DNA of 64,000 bases from an uncultured Gemmatimonadaceae bacterium (lineage in GTDB: Bacteria > Gemmatimonadota > Gemmatimonadetes > Gemmatimonadales > Gemmatimonadaceae): assembly GCA_964577965.1 (NCBI GenBank), contig CAZOAT010000002.1, forward strand, positions 4,698-68,697, given 5' to 3'. Each line of letters opens with the position of its first letter. Positions within the stretch are counted from its first letter, which is position 1. The notes under the pieces were generated by a model, which was given only the letters and a program-made list of their open reading frames with translations, had not been told where the DNA came from and searched no databases. Made by a program: the position numbers and the translations under genes. Positions 49,248-57,277 of the stretch are shown piece by piece.

Positions 49248-49409
49248 ATGGCTGACAATCACGGCACAAAGGCCGTACGTGCAGGAATTTCCTTCGGCTC
49301 GGCACTCGCTATCGCGATCTCGTGGAGCACCCACCACTCGATACTGTGGGCGATACTGCACGGAGTTCTCTCGTGGCTCTATGTCATTTACTATGCGCTT
49401 ACCAGATGA
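49248..49409 (+). CDS. Small hydrophobic protein (53 aa), not in the supplied ORF track
   Basis: Hand translation gives MADNHGTKAVRAGISFGSALAIAISWSTHHSILWAILHGVLSWLYVIYYALTR, ATG to TGA, with two TM-like segments. It lies in a gap that is otherwise non-coding. Confidence 0.4.
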   Translation: MADNHGTKAVRAGISFGSALAIAISWSTHHSILWAILHGVLSWLYVIYYALTR

Positions 49410-49472
49410 ACACGGCTGGCGCTGGATCGGTCGCGGTCCAGCAAGCGGCCTGCGACTCACCACCAACAACCG

Positions 49473-50510
49473 ATGCGCTACCGAAGCTTTCCCGGCACTG
49501 ACGTCACTGCGAGCGAGATCGGCTTCGGTACCTGGACTCTGTCCACCGGGTGGTGGGGGGAGAAGAGCGACGACGAGGCCGTGGTTCTTCTGCGCGAGGC
49601 GCTCGATGAACGCGGGATCACCTTCTACGACGCGGCTGACGCGTACGGCAACGGCCGCAGCGAGTGGCAACTGGCCGAAGCATTCAGGGGCCGTCGGGAC
49701 GAAGTGGTGTATGCCACCAAGGTCGGGTACGACATCTACGACGAGGAGGCGGCCCGCACGCGCCGCGGCCAGTCGGAGCTGCCGCAGAGGTTTGAGCGCG
49801 AATTTCTGCGTCATGCCGTAGAGCAATCGCTCCGCCGCCTCGAGACGGACCGCATCGATGTCCTCCAGCTGCACAACGTCAAGATGGAGCACATCCGCGA
49901 CCCCGCGGTGTGGGAGGCGCTGCGCGAACTGAAGCGGGAAGGGAAGATCCGCGTCTGGGGTGCGGCGTTCGGACCGGCCATCGGCTGGCTGTACGAATCA
50001 GTCGAGCTGTGCGAACGCGAGTCGGATATCGGCACTATCCAGATGATCTGGAACGTGCTGGAGCAGCACCCCGGTTCAGCGATGATCGAGGCGGCGCGCG
50101 AGCATGCACCGAACTGCTGCTTCAACGTGCGCGTGACCCACGCCTCCGGGATGCTCGAAGGGCACTATACCGAGGACACGGTCTTCGCGGACAACGACCA
50201 TCGGCGTCACCGGCCGCGTTCCTGGCTGATCAACGGCCTGCAGAAGATCCGCACGCTCGATTTCCTGACCGAGCGGATGACGCTCGGGCAGGCCGCGCTG
50301 AAATGGCTGCTCGCCGAGCCGCTGGTCGTGACCACGCTGCCGAACGTGTATGATGCAACTCAGCTCGCGGAGTTTGCGGCAGCGAGTGAGCTGCCGGATC
50401 TGAGCAGCGAGCAGCTGGAGCGCGTGGCGGAACTCGCCGCGCGCAACTTCGGGGTGGACGAGGAGCCGATGCGGTACAAGGGAACCATGGAGCGGGCCGC
50501 GGCGTCATGA
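49473..50510 (+). CDS. Aldo/keto reductase
   Basis: AKR motifs GFGTW and YDAADAYGNGRSE, with TIM-barrel length. Confidence 0.85.
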   Translation: MRYRSFPGTDVTASEIGFGTWTLSTGWWGEKSDDEAVVLLREALDERGITFYDAADAYGNGRSEWQLAEAFRGRRDEVVYATKVGYDIYDEEAARTRRGQSELPQRFEREFLRHAVEQSLRRLETDRIDVLQLHNVKMEHIRDPAVWEALRELKREGKIRVWGAAFGPAIGWLYESVELCERESDIGTIQMIWNVLEQHPGSAMIEAAREHAPNCCFNVRVTHASGMLEGHYTEDTVFADNDHRRHRPRSWLINGLQKIRTLDFLTERMTLGQAALKWLLAEPLVVTTLPNVYDATQLAEFAAASELPDLSSEQLERVAELAARNFGVDEEPMRYKGTMERAAAS

Positions 50511-51304
50511 GGACCGGGGAAGTCAGGACGCTGGGTGAGCTGGTTGACCGCGTTACACCCGAGCATCCTGACAAGGCTACCGGTCGCTGGCGCGATACCG
50601 GCGTGTACCGTGGCTCGCCAACGGCGCCGCGGCAACTGCTAACCAGCCTCGACCGGCTCGGTGGAGAGAATCCGCCGCACACCAAGGCTGACCTGGAAGC
50701 GCACATCCTCCGGAATTTCGCCCGCTACTCCCGTCCGCATTTTCCCACCGCGCCGACAAACGACTGGGAGCTTCTGGTCGCCGCGCAGCACCACGGCGTT
50801 CCTACGCGGCTTCTCGACTGGACCTACTCTCCGTTCGTCGCAGCTCACTTCGCCACGCTGCCGTACCGCGCGCGCGGCGATGAGCGTGATCGTGCGGTCT
50901 GGCGCCTCGACTGGCAGGCGCTGCATCGCAGGTTTGGTCTTCCCGAGCTGGCGCTTCTCATCACAGACCTCGAGCGGGAGCTGGGTGGCTCAGTGCCGTT
51001 CACCCCGTGGCGATTGTTCGAGGGCCGTTCCGAGCGCGACTTCGCCTGCATGCTGGAGCCGCCATCACTCGACGCGCGGATAATCGCCCAGGCGGCAGTC
51101 TTCACGCTGTGCACCGACACGTCGCGGCCCTTTGATGTTTTCCTGGAGGGACACGGACTCGCCGACGCTCTCACGAAGTTCGTCATACCGGCCGCGGACG
51201 TGAGCCGCATTCGCGATCAGCTGGATCTGGTTGCGATCGACGAACGCCGCCTCTTCCCCGACCTGGATGGTCTCGCCGCGCAGCTGAGACGGTATTACTC
51301 GTGA
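50507..51304 (+). CDS. FRG-domain protein
   Basis: GVYRG (FRG-type motif), AQHHGVPTRLLDWTYSPFVAAHFA, ARIIAQAAVFTL, and C-terminal LFPDLDGLA. ATGA overlap with the reductase gene. Confidence 0.7.
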   Translation: MRTGEVRTLGELVDRVTPEHPDKATGRWRDTGVYRGSPTAPRQLLTSLDRLGGENPPHTKADLEAHILRNFARYSRPHFPTAPTNDWELLVAAQHHGVPTRLLDWTYSPFVAAHFATLPYRARGDERDRAVWRLDWQALHRRFGLPELALLITDLERELGGSVPFTPWRLFEGRSERDFACMLEPPSLDARIIAQAAVFTLCTDTSRPFDVFLEGHGLADALTKFVIPAADVSRIRDQLDLVAIDERRLFPDLDGLAAQLRRYYS

Positions 51305-51513
51305 GTCGCGGACTCGGCGGCGCGCTGATCGTGGTCGGGCTGGTGCTGATTCTGCTCGGTGGGCTGGCCTGGGTGGGGATGCTGGGATGGTTCGGCCGGC
51401 TTCCCGGCGACATCAGGCTGGAACGCGGAGCTACCCGTATTTACGTGCCGCTCGTCTCGATGCTGATCGTGTCGCTCCTGATCAGCCTGGCCGCATACCT
51501 GTTCCGGCGCTGA
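51301..51513 (+). CDS. DUF2905 small membrane protein
   Basis: GRLPGDIRLERGATRIYVPLVSMLIVSLLISL matches the DUF2905 core. GTGA overlap. Confidence 0.7.
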   Translation: MSRGLGGALIVVGLVLILLGGLAWVGMLGWFGRLPGDIRLERGATRIYVPLVSMLIVSLLISLAAYLFRR

Positions 51514-51517
51514 GCCC

Positions 51518-51808
51518 GTGTCCGACAGCCTTTCACTCCGACTGCGTGTTCTCCCCGGTGCCCGGCGCGACGAGATCGCCGGCTGGTACGGCGACGCGGT
51601 CAAGGTGCGGTGTCAGGCACCAGCGCTCGATGGCCGCGCGAACGAGGCGGTTACTGAATTCCTCGCCGACGTACTCGGCCTGAGGCGCGCCGATGTCACA
51701 CTCGTTCACGGACTGCGAGGCCGCGATAAAGTCGTCGAGGTCCGGGGGCTCACCGCCGGGGAACTGTACGCGCGCCTCGGTATTCCTGCTCCGGCATCGC
51801 GGGCTTGA
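51518..51808 (+). CDS. DUF167 (YggU-like) protein
   Basis: VLPGARRDEI...VRCQAPALDGRANEAV..FLA...V.LVHGLRGRDKVVEV pattern. Confidence 0.7.
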   Translation: MSDSLSLRLRVLPGARRDEIAGWYGDAVKVRCQAPALDGRANEAVTEFLADVLGLRRADVTLVHGLRGRDKVVEVRGLTAGELYARLGIPAPASRA

Positions 51809-52305
51809 CCTCGAAACGTTCCCGCTCCGCTCTGATGGCGGCGCGCAGTGCTGCTGCCCGCCCGTCCGTCCGTACCGAGATCTCCTCCGGCGGCGTCGTG
51901 TACCGCAATCGCGCCGGACGCACCGATGTCGCACTGATCTCAGTGGGCGCTCCGGCGCGGTGGCAGCTGCCGAAAGGGCTTGTTGAACACGGCGAGAAGC
52001 CCGACGAGACCGCCGTCCGCGAGGTCCGCGAGGAGGCCGGTGTGCAATCGACCATTGTCGCTCCCCTGGATCGGATCGGCTACTGGTACCAGCGTAGCGA
52101 GAACGGAGCGCGTGTCCGCGTGCGCAAGTTCGTACACTTCTACCTGCTCCGGTATCGCTCCGGTAACGTAAGGCAGCACGACAACGAAGTCCTGGAGGCA
52201 CGGTGGGTGCCTCTGGAGGATGCCGCGGGGATGCTCGCTTTCGCCAGCGAGCGCGCTGTGCTCGCCGAAGCCGCGCGGAAGCTCAGAGGCGAGCGGGACC
52301 GCTAG
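51805..52305 (+). CDS. NUDIX hydrolase
   Basis: Nudix box GLVEHGEKPDETAVREVREEAGV. Confidence 0.85.
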   Translation: MTSKRSRSALMAARSAAARPSVRTEISSGGVVYRNRAGRTDVALISVGAPARWQLPKGLVEHGEKPDETAVREVREEAGVQSTIVAPLDRIGYWYQRSENGARVRVRKFVHFYLLRYRSGNVRQHDNEVLEARWVPLEDAAGMLAFASERAVLAEAARKLRGERDR

Positions 52306-53030
52306 CGCGTCGCTTTCTTGTCGTAGGTCGGCCGCACGGCACCGTGGTCCACCGGTTCCGGTGGCGTGCGCAGGAAGAGGAACTCGTACAGCAGTGCCGC
52401 CACCGCCCCGCCTATGAGCGGGCCGATCCAGAAGATCAGCTGCGCCTCGTACACGCCGCTTGCTACCGCCGGCCCGAAGGAGCGCGCGGGGTTGAGCGAC
52501 GCGCCTGTCAGTGGCCCGATGGCAAGGATTCCAGCCGTCAGCGTGAGTCCGATCGCGAACCCCCCGACCTTCGGCGCCTTGGGATCCACAGCGGTCCCGA
52601 ATACCGCGAGCACCAGGAAGAACGTCGCGATTGCCTCGAGGATGATCGCCTGAGTGCCGGTGATGTCGAGCGAGACCGCCTGACCTCCGCCCCGAGTGGC
52701 TTCGAAGAGTGCTATAGGGAACGTCGCCTTGAGCGCGTATGCTGCGGCCATGGCGCCGATCAGCTGACTCACGATGTACAGTCCGCCCATCATCGCCTCG
52801 ATCCGCCTGGTCAGGAGGAACCCCAGTGTCACCGCCGGGTTGAAGTGCCCGGAGATGCGCATGAGCGCGGTGACCATCACCGCCAGGATCAGCCCGTGCG
52901 CGAACGCCACCTCCATCAGACCGCCGGGAGCGTTGGGCCCGAACGTGACCATGATCGCCGCGCCGCCCACGAAGACGAGCGCGAACGTCCCTATGAACTC
53001 GGAAACGAAGTGGCGAATCGCATCCCGCAT
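52302..53030 (-). CDS. Aquaporin / MIP-family channel
   Basis: Two NPA motifs (NPAVTLG, NPARSFG) and six TM segments. Confidence 0.9.
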   Translation of the reverse strand: MRDAIRHFVSEFIGTFALVFVGGAAIMVTFGPNAPGGLMEVAFAHGLILAVMVTALMRISGHFNPAVTLGFLLTRRIEAMMGGLYIVSQLIGAMAAAYALKATFPIALFEATRGGGQAVSLDITGTQAIILEAIATFFLVLAVFGTAVDPKAPKVGGFAIGLTLTAGILAIGPLTGASLNPARSFGPAVASGVYEAQLIFWIGPLIGGAVAALLYEFLFLRTPPEPVDHGAVRPTYDKKATR

Positions 53031-53089
53031 GCAGCCTCCGTGGTGCGCGGCAGGACCGCGCGGTAGCTACGACGATGTGTCCGTTGTAC

Positions 53090-54337
53090 TCAACTCTGCT
53101 GACGCAGCACCAGCGCGGCGTTGATGCCGCCGAAACCGAACGAGTTCGACATCACACACCCCGCGCGCTTCTCCCTGCCGTCGCCGGCAAGGTAGTCAAG
53201 ATCGCAGGCGTCGTCCGCTTCGGTAAGATTCACCGTAGGCGGCAGCCACCCCCGCTGCATCGCCAGTGAGCATATCGCGACCTCAATCGCGCCCGACGCG
53301 CCAAGCGCGTGGCCATAGTATCCCTTCGTACCACTCAGTGCCATGCGGCCAGCGTGCTCTCCGAAAACCGACTTCACGGCCAGTGTCTCGGTCGGATCGT
53401 TGAGTGGCGTCGAACTGCCGTGCGCGTTGATGTACTCGACTTCGCCCGGTGAGACATGTCCGTCTTCCAGCGCCAGGCGCATTGCTCTGGCCGCCTGCGC
53501 GCCGTCGGGCAGCGGGGCAGTCATGTGATACGCGTCGTTGGTCGTGCCGTAGCCGAGAACTTCTCCATAGATGAGTGCTCCCCTCGCTTGCGCCCGCTCG
53601 TACTCCTCAAGGACCACGACGGCAGAACCCTCACCCATGACGAATCCGTCGCGCCGCTTGTCAAACGGACGGGACGCGCGTTCCGGCTCGTCGTTCGCCG
53701 TGGACATTGCGCGTATGAGCGCAAAGGCGCCGAAGCAGAGCGGAGCGAGCGGCGCTTCGGCACCGCCGCAGACCATGATGTCCGCGTAGCCGTCGCGGAT
53801 CTGGCGGAACCCTTCGCCAACGGCGATGGTGCCGGATGCGCAGCTCATGGAGTTGGTCGAATTGGGACCGGTAAGGCCGAATTCGATCGCCACATTGCAG
53901 CTCGATGCGCCGCCGAAAACTCCCAGCGCGAGATAGGCGTCCACAGCCCGCAGTCCGTCCTTCAGGTACGCGGCCAGCTGGCTCTCGGCGTAACTGCATC
54001 CGCCGAGCGCGCTCCCCATCATCGAGCCCACCCGGTCGCGATCCTCGCGCTCCATCCTGAGACCGGAGTCTTCCATGGCCATTCGTGCCGCGACGAGTGA
54101 GAACTGCCCGAATCGATCGAGCCGCTTTGCGCGCTTCTGCTCCAGGTGATCGGTCGGCACGAAATCGCGGACCTCAGCGGCGTTTCTGCTGCGAAACGGA
54201 GTGGGGTCGAATCGGGTAACGCCCCGAACCGCCGAGCGCTGGCTCCGCAGCCCGTTCCAGAGGCCCTCCTTGCCGATGCCGATTGGCGTCACCGCGCCTA
54301 CACCCGTGATCGCCACCCGACGACGCTGCGTGTGCAT
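53090..54337 (-). CDS. Beta-ketoacyl-ACP synthase II-like condensing enzyme
   Basis: Trimmed to MHTQRRRVAITGVGAVTPIG. Cys-His-His triad contexts are SCASG, YHMTAP and INAHGSSTP. Confidence 0.85.
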   Translation of the reverse strand: MHTQRRRVAITGVGAVTPIGIGKEGLWNGLRSQRSAVRGVTRFDPTPFRSRNAAEVRDFVPTDHLEQKRAKRLDRFGQFSLVAARMAMEDSGLRMEREDRDRVGSMMGSALGGCSYAESQLAAYLKDGLRAVDAYLALGVFGGASSCNVAIEFGLTGPNSTNSMSCASGTIAVGEGFRQIRDGYADIMVCGGAEAPLAPLCFGAFALIRAMSTANDEPERASRPFDKRRDGFVMGEGSAVVVLEEYERAQARGALIYGEVLGYGTTNDAYHMTAPLPDGAQAARAMRLALEDGHVSPGEVEYINAHGSSTPLNDPTETLAVKSVFGEHAGRMALSGTKGYYGHALGASGAIEVAICSLAMQRGWLPPTVNLTEADDACDLDYLAGDGREKRAGCVMSNSFGFGGINAALVLRQQS

Positions 54338-54338
54338 C

Positions 54339-54857
54339 TCAACTCCTGTTGTGTGACTCTGCGGCGCTCGCGAGGCCGGAAAGTGTGCGCGAGGCAATTC
54401 CGTGAATGAACACCGGTCCGATCACGCTGGTTGCGGCGAGCCCTCCTATGAGCGGCCAGCGTGGCCCGTCCCAGGCATGCACGATTCGAACGAGTGTCGA
54501 TCCATCCAGCGGTGAGAACAGCCACTCCACGTCCATGCCCGTGGTGATTCCTCCCACATGCCGGAAGCGGATCGCCGGCCGGTCGTGATCCACCGCCATC
54601 AGCGACAGCCACCAGGTTGGCCAGTTCGCGATCCAGAACGGGCGATTGGCAGCCATTTCCACGAGACCACCGTCGTCCTCCCTCTGGCGGAATCGCACGT
54701 ACCTGTAGTGCGGGAGATGGCGGGGCCATCCTTCGACCTCGCTTGCGATCGCGAAAATCGCTTCGATCGGGGCGTGGACCAGTCGTTCGTCCACTGTCAT
54801 CATGCGGCGGTTGAGCGGCATTACGCCGAGCGGCCCGATGGCCGGTGGGTGAGTCAT
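54339..54857 (-). CDS. SRPBCC-superfamily (polyketide cyclase/dehydrase / START-like) protein
   Basis: About 170 aa with a typical SRPBCC N-terminus (V.API..IF....EVE.WP..LPHY). The ATG at 54857 overlaps the methyltransferase stop (ATGA). Confidence 0.6.
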   Translation of the reverse strand: MTHPPAIGPLGVMPLNRRMMTVDERLVHAPIEAIFAIASEVEGWPRHLPHYRYVRFRQREDDGGLVEMAANRPFWIANWPTWWLSLMAVDHDRPAIRFRHVGGITTGMDVEWLFSPLDGSTLVRIVHAWDGPRWPLIGGLAATSVIGPVFIHGIASRTLSGLASAAESHNRS

Positions 54858-55576
54858 TGCGCGCCCTCTCGGTAAGAGTGTGCGGGGGTCCAGCTCGCGG
54901 TGATGCGGAAACCACGGCGCGAGTGCACAGCGGCATCCCTGCCGAGCGCCTGCCGCGCAAGCGACTGCAGCTCCGGAACCGTGTATCCGCGTCGGATGGA
55001 CGCGATGCCGTCGTGCCGGCTCACGGGGTGAAAGCGGAGAGCGAAAGAGGCGAGCCACAGCCCGACGACGGCCAGTCGGCTGCGCCGGATGTCGCTCACT
55101 ATCGCGCGCATCCGTGCCACCCGGTCGATCTCGCGAATGAGCTCCGCCGCGACAGTAGCACTGAAGTGGTGCAGCAGCTGCGAGCAGGTCACGATGTCCA
55201 CGCTGTTATCGCGGAACGGGAGCGCGCCCGCGTCCGCAACCAGTGTGGCGGCTACGCGGGAGCTGCTCACGCGGGCGAGATCATTCGAGGCATCCAGTCC
55301 CACGGTGAACAGGAGTCTGTCGCGACCGCGCGCGAGCGCCTGGGCGGCCCAGGGGATGTCGCCCAGCCCGGTTCCAACGTCGAGCAGCGACACACTTGCC
55401 GGAGCGCTGTCGAGAGCGGCATCGATCTCGCGGAGCACGGCGCGTGTTCCACCGAACAGCCGGTTCGACAGAGCGACGTCGCGCATCGATCTCCTCACGA
55501 GTGCTGGATCGAGCGTGCGGTCGTCCAGGATCTCCGGGTGATCGGCGCGCGGTGTCGTTGCCGAAAGGGCGGTCAC
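54854..55576 (-). CDS. Class I SAM-dependent methyltransferase
   Basis: SAM motif I LLDVGTGLGD and a post-I acidic residue. The GTG at 55576 overlaps the flavin reductase stop (GTGA). Confidence 0.75.
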   Translation of the reverse strand: MTALSATTPRADHPEILDDRTLDPALVRRSMRDVALSNRLFGGTRAVLREIDAALDSAPASVSLLDVGTGLGDIPWAAQALARGRDRLLFTVGLDASNDLARVSSSRVAATLVADAGALPFRDNSVDIVTCSQLLHHFSATVAAELIREIDRVARMRAIVSDIRRSRLAVVGLWLASFALRFHPVSRHDGIASIRRGYTVPELQSLARQALGRDAAVHSRRGFRITASWTPAHSYREGAQ

Positions 55577-56043
55577 TTGCCGAGCTGTGTGTAGCCGCCG
55601 CGATAGTACACGAGCGGCTCGCCTGGACGGCTGTCTGCGATCTCCACGATGCCGGTGAAGATCGTGTGGTCTCCGCCGGGGAACGCATCTGCACGGCGGC
55701 ACTCCATCCACGCAAGCACGTCGTCGAGAATCGGCGCACCTGACTGGCCAGGTCGGAAGCCGATGCCATCGAACCTGTCCACTTCCTGATCGCTGAACCG
55801 CCGGGCAAGCACTTCCTGCGACGCCTCGAGGACGTTCACGACGAAATGCGTTGCTGACTGCAGCGCGTCGTACATGCGTGCTTCGTGATCGATGCACAGC
55901 AACACCATCGGGGGTGACAGGCTGAGCGAGCAGAAGGAGCTCACGGTCATGCCGGCGTCGCCTTCGCTGCCGCTCACGGTGACTACGGTGACGCCACTGA
56001 CAAACCGGCCCAGCACGCTGCGGAAGGTGTCGGGGTCGATCAT
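55573..56043 (-). CDS. Flavin reductase-domain protein (FMN-binding split barrel, HpaC/RutF-like)
   Basis: FRSVLGRFVSGVTVVT...MTVSSFCSLSLSPP pattern. The ATG at 56043 overlaps the upstream stop (ATGA). Confidence 0.8.
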   Translation of the reverse strand: MIDPDTFRSVLGRFVSGVTVVTVSGSEGDAGMTVSSFCSLSLSPPMVLLCIDHEARMYDALQSATHFVVNVLEASQEVLARRFSDQEVDRFDGIGFRPGQSGAPILDDVLAWMECRRADAFPGGDHTIFTGIVEIADSRPGEPLVYYRGGYTQLGK

Positions 56044-57254
56044 GCGGCCGCCGGTGCGCGGCCGCCGAGCAGCAGCGGGAGAAGGAATGCCGCCCGCAGC
56101 AGCTCCCGGGGAGGAATGAAATCGCCGCATACGCCGACGAGGATGTCGGCGAGGTCTTTGCGCCGCGCCAGAGTCGCAGTGAATCGGTTCATCAGCGCCG
56201 GTCGGGCGACGGCCACGCTGACGAGCCTCTCGACTGCCCACTTGCCCGCGAACTCGCTCCGCCGCGTGCGTCGGTATTCGCGCATCATCTGGGGCTCGCA
56301 TCGCGCCTCCTCCAGTACTGAAAGCGCAAGCGGTGCGAGCAGCTCGGCGCCGCGCAACGCCGCGAAGATGCCTTCACCGGTGAACGGATCGTAGAAGTCC
56401 GCTGCATCTCCAACCAGGGCCACTCCCGGAGTCCACGGTCTGGTCACTCGACTGGCGAACGGCCCGGTGGCGCGCACCGGCCCGCGGCGGCCGGCCGCCA
56501 TGAAACGGTTGCGCAGGTGTGGACGGTGGTGAATCCAGTGCTCGAGGAATCCTGCAGCGTTTCCTGCGACGCTGCGGGCGGCGGAGGTCGGGATGACGAC
56601 AGCAACGTTGGTGACGTCCCCCACAGGAGCGAGTCCGAAGTAGCCGCCCCCATCCACATGCATCTCGCCAGCGCTGGTCAGCCCGGACACACCCTCGTAG
56701 TGAGCAGTGAGTGCGAGGCGCGACGGCCATCTGAACCGGTGCGCCACACCGGCACGCCGTGCGACGACAGAACGAAGCCCGTCCGCGCCGACCACGAGCC
56801 TGGCGCTCACGCGCAGTCCCGTTCCCGCGTCGGCCGTTGCGACCACCCCTGTCACACGGCCGCCTGCAGTTCGTACGAGATCGCCGACCCGGGCGCCTTC
56901 AACGACCCGGGTGCCGGCACGCGCCGCGGCCTCCAGGAGCGCGGCGTCGAGAATCGTTCGTCGCACTGCGAGCCCGCTGTCGCTGTAACCCCGGAATCCG
57001 TGCGAGCCCGCGAACTCGCCATGCAGCCATTCGCCGCGCGGCGAGCGCACCCGCATCCCCGAAAGCTGCGAGCCGTGCGGCTCGACCTGGGAGAGCACGT
57101 TCATCGCCACCAGCATACGCGACGATTCGGGACTCAGGTACTCCGCGCATGCTTTGTCGCGGGGGAAGCGTGCTCGATCCAGAAGCACCACGCTCGCTCC
57201 CGATCGGGCGAGCGCCCACGCAGTGGCGGAACCGGCCGGTCCCCCGCCCACCAC
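56040..57254 (-). CDS. Geranylgeranyl-reductase-family FAD-dependent oxidoreductase
   Basis: VGGGPAGS dinucleotide motif, an early Cys (DKACAEYLSP), GADGLRSVV and GDAADFYDPFTGEGI. The true start may lie a few codons upstream. Confidence 0.75.
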   Translation of the reverse strand: MVGGGPAGSATAWALARSGASVVLLDRARFPRDKACAEYLSPESSRMLVAMNVLSQVEPHGSQLSGMRVRSPRGEWLHGEFAGSHGFRGYSDSGLAVRRTILDAALLEAAARAGTRVVEGARVGDLVRTAGGRVTGVVATADAGTGLRVSARLVVGADGLRSVVARRAGVAHRFRWPSRLALTAHYEGVSGLTSAGEMHVDGGGYFGLAPVGDVTNVAVVIPTSAARSVAGNAAGFLEHWIHHRPHLRNRFMAAGRRGPVRATGPFASRVTRPWTPGVALVGDAADFYDPFTGEGIFAALRGAELLAPLALSVLEEARCEPQMMREYRRTRRSEFAGKWAVERLVSVAVARPALMNRFTATLARRKDLADILVGVCGDFIPPRELLRAAFLLPLLLGGRAPAAA

Positions 57255-57277
57255 GCAGACGTCGGCGCGCAGCGAGG

